From assembly GCA_049324355.1 (NCBI GenBank), contig JBMOKS010000511.1, positions 1 through 59,170 on the forward strand: a stretch of 59,170 nt of DNA, read 5' to 3'. Numbering within the stretch: position 1 is the first letter of the stretch; every line of letters starts with the position of its first letter. Shown in pieces: positions 18,329-27,163 of this stretch. The notes beneath the pieces are model-generated. The model did not search any database. It was not told where the DNA came from and worked only from the letters and a program-made list of their open reading frames with translations. A program made the translations under genes and the position numbers. Source of the DNA: Bacteroidota bacterium (GTDB lineage Bacteria > Bacteroidota > Bacteroidia > Cytophagales > Cyclobacteriaceae).

Positions 18329-20236
18329 CTACGTTTTGCTCATGAACACGAGCTTGTTATTATCCGCTTTGTTTATGTTGCGATAGAATTCTATCAGTTC
18401 GTTGTATGATTCTGGGGGGAATTCGCCTTTATTCATTTTTACCCTTCTGATGTAGAGCAGTCTTCCTTGGTCTATCTTAAAGCTTGATTCATATTCACCG
18501 AAGCGTGACGAGATCTTTGTTGGCTCCGGCAGAAACTCGGGATAGATTTCTTCAGGCAGATGATAGCGGATGGTGTCGAGATCGATGTAGGCTAGGTTTC
18601 TTACGACCTTGTTTTTTCGCGACTCGACTTTTGGTGGAATGTACGTTGAGCGGTTCATGAGATTAGGTGTGATGAACAGTCGTTTCCCGCTAACGGAGGC
18701 CAGGCGCTTGAGTGTGAGATCCAATTTTACGGTTGCCGATGGGACTTTATCTTTTTTGTCGGATATCGAAAAAGAGTTCACATCGAAGGAGGCGATACCG
18801 GTATTTTCCTCAACCCACTTTTTCTGCTCGTCAAACTGGTTGCCAAGAATGTGGTTAAGACTACCGTTTTCGTATTGAAGGCCGGCATAAGTTGTGCTTA
18901 CTTTGGCCTTGCCGTTTCCTGAGCTCTCCAGATAAACATCGGCTGTGCGGCTTTGTATATTTTGTTCGGCAGGATAGCTGATCGTGTTCACAACTTTGGC
19001 GCCGTCGTCGGTAATAAGCAGAGCCTTGCGATCGCCAGTAAACGAGCCCATGTAGCCAAAGGGGTTGGTCTGATTGGTGCATTCCAGCCAGATGGTATCC
19101 TTGTCATTAGGTACGGCCACAATCACATGGTTGAATTGCGAACTGGGAAAATCCGCCTGCATCTGGGGTTCGTTTTTGCCGGCTCTTATCAGCACATAAT
19201 GAGACTTTATACCGGCCACTTCCAACATCGAAACCATATAATTGGAAAGAGCTTTGCAATCGCCGTAACCTGTCTGATCGACCGTCGAAGCCTCGAATGG
19301 CTGATACCCGCCAATGCCTAATTGAATACCTACATATCGAGTCTTGTTTTGAAGATAATTGTAAATGGCTTTAACTTTTTCATCGGTGGTTGATTCGTTG
19401 GCAATAAGTTGTTTTATTTTCTGTTTGGTGGCTTCGGGCAAGGCGCTTCTGCCTTTATTCAACTTACCGATCCATCGCCCATAGTCGTTCCATGTTTTCA
19501 TCGAGCCTTTGTAGCCATCGTATTCGAAATCGGCTGGGGCTGTTACGATATGTGGAATGAAGTGTTGAGTATCTGGACTGAAAGGTTCAAATTTTTCAGG
19601 AATTACATTTTCAAATGACCACTCCAGCGATTCCTTTCCATTTATTATATTTTTTTTCGGCTCGCCTATTTTAAACAGTGAATATCGCGGAGCAAGCTCT
19701 TTGGGATGGATCAGTACGAACTTTTGCCTTTGGATCGAAATCTCGTCGTCATTGTACATTTCGAAATCTGGCGTCTCATACAAGCGTTTGTAGGATGTCT
19801 CCACCTCGAACTCAACGGTATATGGGTAGGATCCTTGCCGCAGACTGGCGGCCTTGAAGCGATCGTCGCTGAAAAGAGTTCCTCCCTGGTACACGCTTTG
19901 ATCGTATATCTCGCTTTGTTTTAGCTTTTTAATAACATTTCCGGCTGCATCGTAGGCTGTTCCTTTGAAAGATTTTACAGAACTTAATTTGTCATAGAAT
20001 GCAGCGAATTCGGCATGCTCCTTAGCCTTGTCGTTAAAAATTGTAATGACAATTCTTTCAAACAAGCTCGAGCTGTTGATGGAATTTATTTCGAACCGGC
20101 GTTCCTGTTCCCGGATGACGGCGTACATTCCCTTTTTCATGTTCTCCGGAATTTCGCTCACCGGATACTTGGGATCACCCGCCAACGTGGCGATTTGAAA
20201 CACAACGCCCGACAGGATCAACAATATTTTCTTCAT
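18329..20236 (-). CDS. DUF3857 + transglutaminase-like domain protein (catalytic Cys/His present)
   Basis: Signal peptide, RYVGIQLGIGGYQP, GYGDCKALS, FNHVI and WLECT motifs. Confidence 0.9.
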   Translation of the reverse strand: MKKILLILSGVVFQIATLAGDPKYPVSEIPENMKKGMYAVIREQERRFEINSINSSSLFERIVITIFNDKAKEHAEFAAFYDKLSSVKSFKGTAYDAAGNVIKKLKQSEIYDQSVYQGGTLFSDDRFKAASLRQGSYPYTVEFEVETSYKRLYETPDFEMYNDDEISIQRQKFVLIHPKELAPRYSLFKIGEPKKNIINGKESLEWSFENVIPEKFEPFSPDTQHFIPHIVTAPADFEYDGYKGSMKTWNDYGRWIGKLNKGRSALPEATKQKIKQLIANESTTDEKVKAIYNYLQNKTRYVGIQLGIGGYQPFEASTVDQTGYGDCKALSNYMVSMLEVAGIKSHYVLIRAGKNEPQMQADFPSSQFNHVIVAVPNDKDTIWLECTNQTNPFGYMGSFTGDRKALLITDDGAKVVNTISYPAEQNIQSRTADVYLESSGNGKAKVSTTYAGLQYENGSLNHILGNQFDEQKKWVEENTGIASFDVNSFSISDKKDKVPSATVKLDLTLKRLASVSGKRLFITPNLMNRSTYIPPKVESRKNKVVRNLAYIDLDTIRYHLPEEIYPEFLPEPTKISSRFGEYESSFKIDQGRLLYIRRVKMNKGEFPPESYNELIEFYRNINKADNNKLVFMSKT

Positions 20237-20241
20237 AAAAC

Positions 20242-22182
20242 TTATTTTTTCTTCAGTACAATCTGCTCAGCCTGTTTGGCAACCACCTGGTTGTAAAACT
20301 CCCGGAGGTCGGGATATTCAACCTGCGTGAAAATATTTCTGTTTATCTGAAAGCTGCTGGTAATGTTCACCATGTTATCAGTCTTGGCAACATTGTAAAC
20401 ATACTTGGCGGCGTTGCCGGGCAAAACAAGAATACGGCTCTGCGGTATTTCATCTACAGTGTAACCTTCTGGAATGGCGATCTTTGCCATATACATTTTG
20501 TCGATCGGTGCGCCGAAGTCGACAGGGTAAACACGTTGCTCGGATTTAAAGGGGTTGCTAACAATTTGTGAGGTAACGAAAGGGTTGATGTACATGACAT
20601 CGCCTGCCACGGCTACATGTTCGGTGATCGTTAGCTCGTGATTTTCTTTTACCAATTGACCAACTTCCTTGATATTCTGAAACTCGCTTTTCTCCACCTG
20701 CCAGGTTTTGCTTCCCAGAAAATCATTGAGGTATGTTTCCTGACCTTTTTGCGCGTAGAGTTTACGCATGCTGCAGGCATCGTAGCCGTCGCGCGAGAAG
20801 TTGAGTTTGCCTTTCAGGCTGCCATCTTTATCCAATACCAGATCGGCATTAACCACAGTTTTTGCCTTGGTCTTTGAATCAAGATTTATCCATCCGTGGT
20901 TCTTTTTGGATATCACAAGGCCCTGTCCGTTCAGGCAGCGTTCAGGCAAGACGTTTACCGGCAGATATTTTTCAGTGGCATCGAGCCAAATATTTTTGTC
21001 GCCATTTCTTACCAGACAAACAACATAGTTAAACTGGCGTCTCATCGGGTACGATTGTCTTACAAAGCCATGATCGCGCGTGCTTACCAGAACCATATCT
21101 ACTTCAAGGCCCGCCTTCTCAAGCATAGAGGCGAGAAGCAGGTTGATGTCACCTGTAGTGCCTTTTTTCTTTTCCAGCACATCTTTCGGATTATCGGCCA
21201 GCAAGTCTTTTTCGCCATCCCACTCAATTTCCTGTTTCACGAAATTGTGCAGAGCAGTGATCTTTTGCAGCGGATCAGTCATGCCCGCGGTTAGTTCATC
21301 AACTTTTTTCTTCAGGAAATTCGAGCCTGTGATCGTCCTGCCAAAGGCATCGCTTTCCAAAAGATCGTCGTTCAGCTTTTTCCATGAACCCATCACTTCC
21401 TTCACAGGTTGGTGCGGGAAATTGTAATGAGAAAGAGCGAAGTTCATCCTTGAAATGTAATCTTCTTCAGAAGTCATAAAGGGCTCTTCTTTAAACGCGG
21501 GCACATCTTTTACAACCCAATGGTGACCTTGCGCGCGAAAATCTGCCTGGCTTTTGTCTTTCACTTCATAGTTTGTTACCTGCACGTAACCCTGCATATA
21601 TTTTTCGTACATGAAAATATCGGGAATGATGGCCCAGAACTCGCTGTGCCGCGTGGGAATGGTGCGCTGAAATTGCCAGTTAGGAAATTCCGAAAAGAAT
21701 TCGGAAGCGATCTTGTAAGAATATTCAATAACAGAACCCTCTTTTACGTTGGGCAGCGTGAATTTCTGGAGGTTGATGTATTTATTGAATTTCTCTTTGA
21801 AGACGTTGTCTTTCGACATCTTGGTCTCCACGATCTTGCCATTTTCTAGGTTATAAGTTGTGGCCTTGAGCCCTAGCAATCTTTCTTCCGTGGACCCGAC
21901 GTGATATAATTTTACTCCCACGTCGGCCCAATTCAGGCCTTCTTTTTTTAAGATTTTTATGCGGGTATGACGCTCAAACGCCAATTCAACTGTAATGGCT
22001 GTTACCTGAAGGTATGCCTCACCATAGTCGGCGAGGATAACGGCGGCAGCGGAAGAATCTTTGTCGTAAATGGTCATCTTCATATCTTCCATAGGGATTT
22101 CACCATATTTGATAGGAGATTTTTGCGCCGAAGATGATAGCGCCAGGAGGACCAACGTTAGTCCGGTGATTAAAGCCTTCAT
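20242..22182 (-). CDS. DUF3857 + transglutaminase-like domain protein (catalytic Cys/His absent)
   Basis: Signal peptide MKALITG; FTLPNVKEGSVIEY, GTTGDINLLL, FNYVV and WLDAT motifs; start trimmed to ATG 22182. Confidence 0.88.
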   Translation of the reverse strand: MKALITGLTLVLLALSSSAQKSPIKYGEIPMEDMKMTIYDKDSSAAAVILADYGEAYLQVTAITVELAFERHTRIKILKKEGLNWADVGVKLYHVGSTEERLLGLKATTYNLENGKIVETKMSKDNVFKEKFNKYINLQKFTLPNVKEGSVIEYSYKIASEFFSEFPNWQFQRTIPTRHSEFWAIIPDIFMYEKYMQGYVQVTNYEVKDKSQADFRAQGHHWVVKDVPAFKEEPFMTSEEDYISRMNFALSHYNFPHQPVKEVMGSWKKLNDDLLESDAFGRTITGSNFLKKKVDELTAGMTDPLQKITALHNFVKQEIEWDGEKDLLADNPKDVLEKKKGTTGDINLLLASMLEKAGLEVDMVLVSTRDHGFVRQSYPMRRQFNYVVCLVRNGDKNIWLDATEKYLPVNVLPERCLNGQGLVISKKNHGWINLDSKTKAKTVVNADLVLDKDGSLKGKLNFSRDGYDACSMRKLYAQKGQETYLNDFLGSKTWQVEKSEFQNIKEVGQLVKENHELTITEHVAVAGDVMYINPFVTSQIVSNPFKSEQRVYPVDFGAPIDKMYMAKIAIPEGYTVDEIPQSRILVLPGNAAKYVYNVAKTDNMVNITSSFQINRNIFTQVEYPDLREFYNQVVAKQAEQIVLKKK

Positions 22183-22316
22183 TTCTTTTGTGGGATTTAA
22201 AATTATTTGATTAAGAATTGAAATTTTCGGCACAAATTTACCACTTCTGTTTAAAAAAAATGTAACCAGGAGTTTTTATTCCTTACATAGCAATAGTTCT
22301 TTTTAACTAGCAACGC

Positions 22317-23690
22317 GTGGCAAAATCTAAAACTGTATTCTATTGTCAGAGCTGTGGATATGAATCGCCAAAATGGCTGGGGAAGTGCCCTTCTTGTGCA
22401 TCCTGGAATTCTTTTGCGGAAGAAATAGTGGCAAAGGAAGAAAGCAACAAGAACGACTGGCGCCAGGATTCATCGCGTCAGAAACAGAGCAAGGTTAAAA
22501 CACTTTCAGAGATAGAATCTTCGCGAGATATCCGCATCAGCGCCACTGATGTTGAGCTCAACCGGGTTCTGGGAGGTGGTATCGTTCCCGGCTCACTGGT
22601 GCTCATCGGCGGCGAGCCTGGCATCGGCAAATCTACACTCATGTTGCAGACTGGTCTGAGGTTAAAATCACAAAAAGTATTGTATATCTCAGGCGAAGAA
22701 AGTGAACAGCAATTGAAAATGCGAGCCGAGCGCATCAACGATGCTTCCGAAAAATTTTTCATTCTAACGGAAACAAATACCAAGAATATTTTTCAATCGG
22801 TGTCTGCTTTAGAGCCTGACCTGGTGATCATCGATTCTATTCAGACGTTGTATTCAAGCCAGATGGAATCTGCCGCCGGAAGTATTGGCCAGGTTCGTCA
22901 GTGCGCCGGAGAACTTATGAAGTTTGCCAAGGAAACGGACACACCCGTGTTTCTTGTTGGTCATATCACCAAAGATGGATTGTTGGCAGGGCCTAAGGTG
23001 TTGGAGCACATGGTAGATACGGTGTTGCAATTCGAGGGCGATCGTCATTTGGCCTATCGGATACTTCGCACTACAAAAAACCGATTTGGATCAACGTCAG
23101 AGATCGGTATTTACGAAATGCTGGGCAACGGTCTGCGCGAAGTATCCAACCCTTCAGAAATACTCATCTCGCAAAAGGACGGAACGCTAAGCGGTATTAC
23201 CATCGGGGCCACCATTGAAGGCAACCGTCCACTGCTCATTGAGATTCAATCGCTCGTGAGTCCGGCTTCTTATGGCACACCGCAGCGCACACCTACTGGG
23301 TTTGATCAGAAGAGATTGAACATGCTGCTCGCCGTACTCGAAAAACGATGTGGCTTTCGCATGGGCACACAAGATGTATTTTTAAATATGGCTGGCGGAA
23401 TTAAAGTGGAGGATCCTGCTATCGACCTCGCCATTTGTGTTTCGATCATATCATCGATGGAAGAAATTCCGGTGTCAGATAAAATTTGTTTTGCTGCCGA
23501 GATCGGTCTTGGCGGCGAATTGCGGGCAGTGAACCGTATCGATCAACGAATATCTGAAGCGGAAAAGTTAGGATTCGAAGAAATCTACATTTCAAAATAC
23601 AGCCAGAAGTCCCTCAATCTTTCCAAGACGCGTATTAAAGTAAACTCATTTGGTAAACTTACTGAGGTCTTTCAGGATTTGATGGGTTGA
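22317..23690 (+). CDS. radA: DNA repair protein RadA/Sms
   Basis: C4 zinc finger CQSCG...KCPSC, GGEPGIGKST, KNRFG motif, Lon-like C-terminus. Confidence 0.98.
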   Translation: MAKSKTVFYCQSCGYESPKWLGKCPSCASWNSFAEEIVAKEESNKNDWRQDSSRQKQSKVKTLSEIESSRDIRISATDVELNRVLGGGIVPGSLVLIGGEPGIGKSTLMLQTGLRLKSQKVLYISGEESEQQLKMRAERINDASEKFFILTETNTKNIFQSVSALEPDLVIIDSIQTLYSSQMESAAGSIGQVRQCAGELMKFAKETDTPVFLVGHITKDGLLAGPKVLEHMVDTVLQFEGDRHLAYRILRTTKNRFGSTSEIGIYEMLGNGLREVSNPSEILISQKDGTLSGITIGATIEGNRPLLIEIQSLVSPASYGTPQRTPTGFDQKRLNMLLAVLEKRCGFRMGTQDVFLNMAGGIKVEDPAIDLAICVSIISSMEEIPVSDKICFAAEIGLGGELRAVNRIDQRISEAEKLGFEEIYISKYSQKSLNLSKTRIKVNSFGKLTEVFQDLMG

Positions 23691-23712
23691 CGCCTGCTAA
23701 AAACATACCTTT

Positions 23713-24327
23713 ATGCCTATGGAAAGTTTCTTCACAGACACCCTCGGCATACCCGATGCCATGTTCAGCTATGTTGTGTTACCCGTGCTCATCTTCCTGG
23801 CCAGGATTGGCGACGTTTCTATCAACACCATCAGGATTATTTATGTGCTGGGCGGCAGACGGTGGACTGCCACAATGTTGGGTTTTTTTGAATCGTTTAT
23901 CTGGCTGATGGCCATTAGGCAGATATTTGAACACCTCGACAACTGGATCTGCTACATTGCTTATCCGGCAGGTTTTGCTTCCGGAATATTGGTAGGTATG
24001 ATCATTGAAGAGCGAATTGCTTTCGGAAAAGTTATCGTCCGGATTATCACCCGAAAGGAGATTTCAGTACTAATCACTTACTTGAACGCGCAAAAGTTCA
24101 GATACACCCATGTGAACGCCGATGGCCCCGATGGTCACGAAAACCTGGTGTTTACAGTACTGGAACGTGAAAGACTTGAAGAGCTGCTGCAAAAACTGAA
24201 GGAAATGCTTCCTTCGGCATTTTATACCGTCGAAAAGGTAAACCGCGCTGCCGAAAGTGGTGCTGTAGTAGAGGAAACGACTCGATGGAGTATTGCAGGT
24301 TGGTTGCGCAGCATTAAGAGAGAATAA
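23713..24327 (+). CDS. DUF5698/DUF2179 (UPF0316-like) membrane protein
   Basis: IFLARI.DVS..TIR, GFFE..IW and YP.GFA.G motifs, C-terminal P-II-like domain. Confidence 0.85.
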   Translation: MPMESFFTDTLGIPDAMFSYVVLPVLIFLARIGDVSINTIRIIYVLGGRRWTATMLGFFESFIWLMAIRQIFEHLDNWICYIAYPAGFASGILVGMIIEERIAFGKVIVRIITRKEISVLITYLNAQKFRYTHVNADGPDGHENLVFTVLERERLEELLQKLKEMLPSAFYTVEKVNRAAESGAVVEETTRWSIAGWLRSIKRE

Positions 24328-24372
24328 ATATAAAGACCGAAAAAAAGTCAGGATTACTTTTAATTTAAACAA

Positions 24373-25299
24373 ATGAAAACGTTAAGATTTATCGTATTGC
24401 TGTTGATCGCATCAGCATTTACACCGGCTGACGATGTGAAGTTAAAATACACGTTTTTGAAAGGAGAGGAGTATCAGTGGAGTCAAGTGGTTTCGCAAAC
24501 CATTAAACAATCTTTTGGCGGGATGGATCAAATCATCGAAAATACCATCAGAGCAGTGTTGAAAATCAAAGTAATAGAAGTAACACCGACCGGTGCAAAG
24601 CTGGAAACGCAATATATCAATATGGCAATGTTCATGAAAATGCCGGCAGGTATGGGCGACATGACCCTCGAATCGGACGGCCCCCAGGATAAATCCGAGA
24701 ACAAGGTCATGAAGGCACTCACCGGGAAACCTTTTTTCGTTCACATGTCTGGTCAGGGTAAGATTGAAAAAATCGAGAATATCGAAAACCTTTGGTCGGG
24801 ATTGGCGGGCGCGGGCCTCGAACAGCAGCAACTGGCGCTGATGAAACAACAACTTCAGGAAAGTCTTGGCGAAAAGTCTATCAGGAATTCATTCGAAAAT
24901 GGCTTTATTGTTTATCCTGATAAAACCGTAAAAGTGGGCGACAAATGGAGTCAGAAAACCGGCATGCCCGGCAATTTTCCTCTGCTTCTGGACAATAACT
25001 GGAGCGTGACCAGCATCGCCAAAGATGTAGTAAAGTTCTCCTCCGAAGGCACCATCGTAACCACCAATAAAGATCAACTGGTGAGCTTGCCAAACGGGCT
25101 CAAATCGAAAGTAGATCTCAGTGGGGGCCAAAAACTGTATTCGTCAGTAGATCCTAAAACAGGCTGGCCTAAAGAAGTGAAATCAACTTCTGAAATGAAA
25201 GGCACTTTAAAATTACTGGCCGGGGGAATGATTCCTCAGGATATGGATGTGCCTATGTCGATCCTCACGGAAAGCACTTACACCATTATAAAAAAATAA
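24373..25299 (+). CDS. DUF6263-like secreted protein
   Basis: Signal peptide; LKY...G..Y, YP...VKVGD.W and D..TGW motifs. Confidence 0.7.
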   Translation: MKTLRFIVLLLIASAFTPADDVKLKYTFLKGEEYQWSQVVSQTIKQSFGGMDQIIENTIRAVLKIKVIEVTPTGAKLETQYINMAMFMKMPAGMGDMTLESDGPQDKSENKVMKALTGKPFFVHMSGQGKIEKIENIENLWSGLAGAGLEQQQLALMKQQLQESLGEKSIRNSFENGFIVYPDKTVKVGDKWSQKTGMPGNFPLLLDNNWSVTSIAKDVVKFSSEGTIVTTNKDQLVSLPNGLKSKVDLSGGQKLYSSVDPKTGWPKEVKSTSEMKGTLKLLAGGMIPQDMDVPMSILTESTYTIIKK

Positions 25300-25320
25300 A
25301 ACGACAGCAGAGAATTTAAG

Positions 25321-25499
25321 ATGAATGCAATGGCGCACTCTTCCCGACGAACCCAAACTCTTTTCTGTCCAAAGCTCGTGCGCACGATAGGCCTTGTCGT
25401 GCGGCGAGCACCTTTGTAAGGCTTCATCAATGTTCAATACCGCTCGAAGCCTTGGCGTGAAGATCGTTTTTGGCGCATTGCTTTTGGCAAGCTTTTTTT
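25321..25499 (+). ncRNA. Candidate structured RNA (multi-stem), family unassigned
   Basis: Nested stems: GCAAT(G)GCGC/GCGCATTGC, TCTTC.CG/CG.GAAGA, CAAAGCTCG..CGCACGATA/TGTCGTGCG..CGAGC...TTTG and TAAGGCTTC/GAAGCCTTG. G-U pairs favour the + strand; U-tract at 3' end. Confidence 0.4.
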
Positions 25500-25537
25500 C
25501 CCAGAATTTGTTCGAAATTTTTTCTTGCCGATGTGGT

Positions 25538-27061
25538 CTACGCTTCGGCAATCATTTGTAAAATATCATCCACATATTCGCGCGAGTTGAACAGGCGCGG
25601 TACTTTGTTCTGACCCCCGAGCTTGCCACGACGTTTCATCCACTGATAAAACGTGCCTTCGTTCACGCTGTGGATCTTGGGCTCGATCAGCGCCAGATTG
25701 TGTTTTCGCTTCGCATCATAATCTGAATTGATCTTGCGCAGATGATCGTCGAGAATTTTTTTGAATTCATCCAGGCTCCTGGGTTTCACCTTGAACTCGA
25801 TGATCCACTCATGTCCACCTCGCTTTCCCTTTTCTAAAAATATAGGGGCGGCAGTAAAATTATCGATTACCGAGTGGGTTTGTTCACATGCCCGTGTAAT
25901 GGCCGCTTCTGCGTTTTCAATGATGACCTCTTCTCCGAAAGCGTTGATGAAATGTTTAGTGCGTCCGGATATCTTAATGCGATAAGGAGAAATAGATGTG
26001 AACTTCACCGTATCGCCAATGTTATATCGCCAAAGCCCGGCGTTGGTCGAAATAACCATGGCGTAGTTTTTACCCATTTCCACTTCACCCAGCCGAAGTG
26101 CTTTTGGATTTTCATCGTCAATGTTTTCCATAGGAATAAACTCGTAGAATATTCCGTAATCAAGCATGAGCAACAGTTCTTCAGAGTCCGGCTCATCCTG
26201 TATCCCAAAAAAACCTTCACTGGCATTATAGGTTTCCCAATAGCGCATTTCGGTTTTTGGAATCAGCGATTTGAAAAGGCTGCGGTAAGGTTTGAACGCA
26301 ACGGCGCCGTGAAAAAAGGCTTCAAGATTAGGCCATACTTCCAGAATGTTGTTCTTCTTCTCAAGCTCCACGATACGTTGCAGCAGTAAGACAGTCCATG
26401 TAGGCACACCGGCAATATTCGTTACATTGACTTGCGCCGTTTCGCGTGCCATCTTATCGATCTTTTCTTCCCAGTTGCTCATCAATGCTGTTTCCAAACT
26501 TGGTGTTCGGATGAATTCAGCCCACGATGGCAGGTTTTGCATGATCACCGCCGACACGTCGCCGTAATACGATGAGGCACTGGGATCATATTCATTGATC
26601 TGGTGACTTCCTCCCACGGCCAATCCTTTGCCGTCAAACAAGCGGGAATCAGGATAATTGTTTACATAGATAGAGATGAGGTCTTTTCCACCCTTGAAAT
26701 GGCACTCATCCAGCGCCTCCTGCGATACAGGAATAAATTTGCTGCGGTGGTTGGTGGTGCCTGAGGATTTAGAAAACCATTTGATCTCTGAAGGCCAGAG
26801 AATATTTTGCTCTCCACGCATTAACCGCTCTATGTACGGGAAGAATTTTTCATAAGTATGAATCGGGATCCTTTCCGCGTACTGTTCGTAGCTCTGCAGG
26901 TCTCCAAAGCCGAACTTTGTTCCGAATTGCGTACCGCGGGCATTTTGAATAAGTTTCTTCAACAGCTCATCCTGAACTTCATGTGGATATTTTTTGAAGA
27001 GCTCAATCTGATGAATGCGCTTCTTCATCACCCAGGTCACTATAGAATTGATCAATCCCAC
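25538..27061 (-). CDS. GH3 auxin-responsive-promoter family protein (acyl-adenylate/amido synthetase fold)
   Basis: SSGTT (motif I), YNASEG (motif II), LWRYNIGD (motif III) and GGQNKVPRL. Confidence 0.92.
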   Translation of the reverse strand: MGLINSIVTWVMKKRIHQIELFKKYPHEVQDELLKKLIQNARGTQFGTKFGFGDLQSYEQYAERIPIHTYEKFFPYIERLMRGEQNILWPSEIKWFSKSSGTTNHRSKFIPVSQEALDECHFKGGKDLISIYVNNYPDSRLFDGKGLAVGGSHQINEYDPSASSYYGDVSAVIMQNLPSWAEFIRTPSLETALMSNWEEKIDKMARETAQVNVTNIAGVPTWTVLLLQRIVELEKKNNILEVWPNLEAFFHGAVAFKPYRSLFKSLIPKTEMRYWETYNASEGFFGIQDEPDSEELLLMLDYGIFYEFIPMENIDDENPKALRLGEVEMGKNYAMVISTNAGLWRYNIGDTVKFTSISPYRIKISGRTKHFINAFGEEVIIENAEAAITRACEQTHSVIDNFTAAPIFLEKGKRGGHEWIIEFKVKPRSLDEFKKILDDHLRKINSDYDAKRKHNLALIEPKIHSVNEGTFYQWMKRRGKLGGQNKVPRLFNSREYVDDILQMIAEA

Positions 27062-27127
27062 GGCTTATTGAATCATGATAACTTCAAAAATAACGTTAAA
27101 TCGGAATATTTTGGACAGCCGGTGAAT

Positions 27128-27157
27128 GAAAAAGCCGTTCCGGTAACAGCTCTTTTC
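27128..27157 (-). terminator. Probable intrinsic terminator after phoD
   Basis: On - strand AGCTGTT-accgg-AACGGCT followed by TTTTC. Confidence 0.55.
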
Positions 27158-27163
27158 GCAGAT

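Noticed and set aside
25321-25499. Assignment to 6S, SRP, tmRNA or RNase P RNA
   Set aside because: No SRP GGAA-loop motif, no tRNA-like ends, too short for RNase P, and not in the zapA-rny context usual for 6S; left unassigned.
25213-25551. 112-aa - strand ORF across the structured intergenic region
   Set aside because: Overlaps both neighbouring genes, has no recognisable motif and atypical composition; the RNA-structure explanation fits better.
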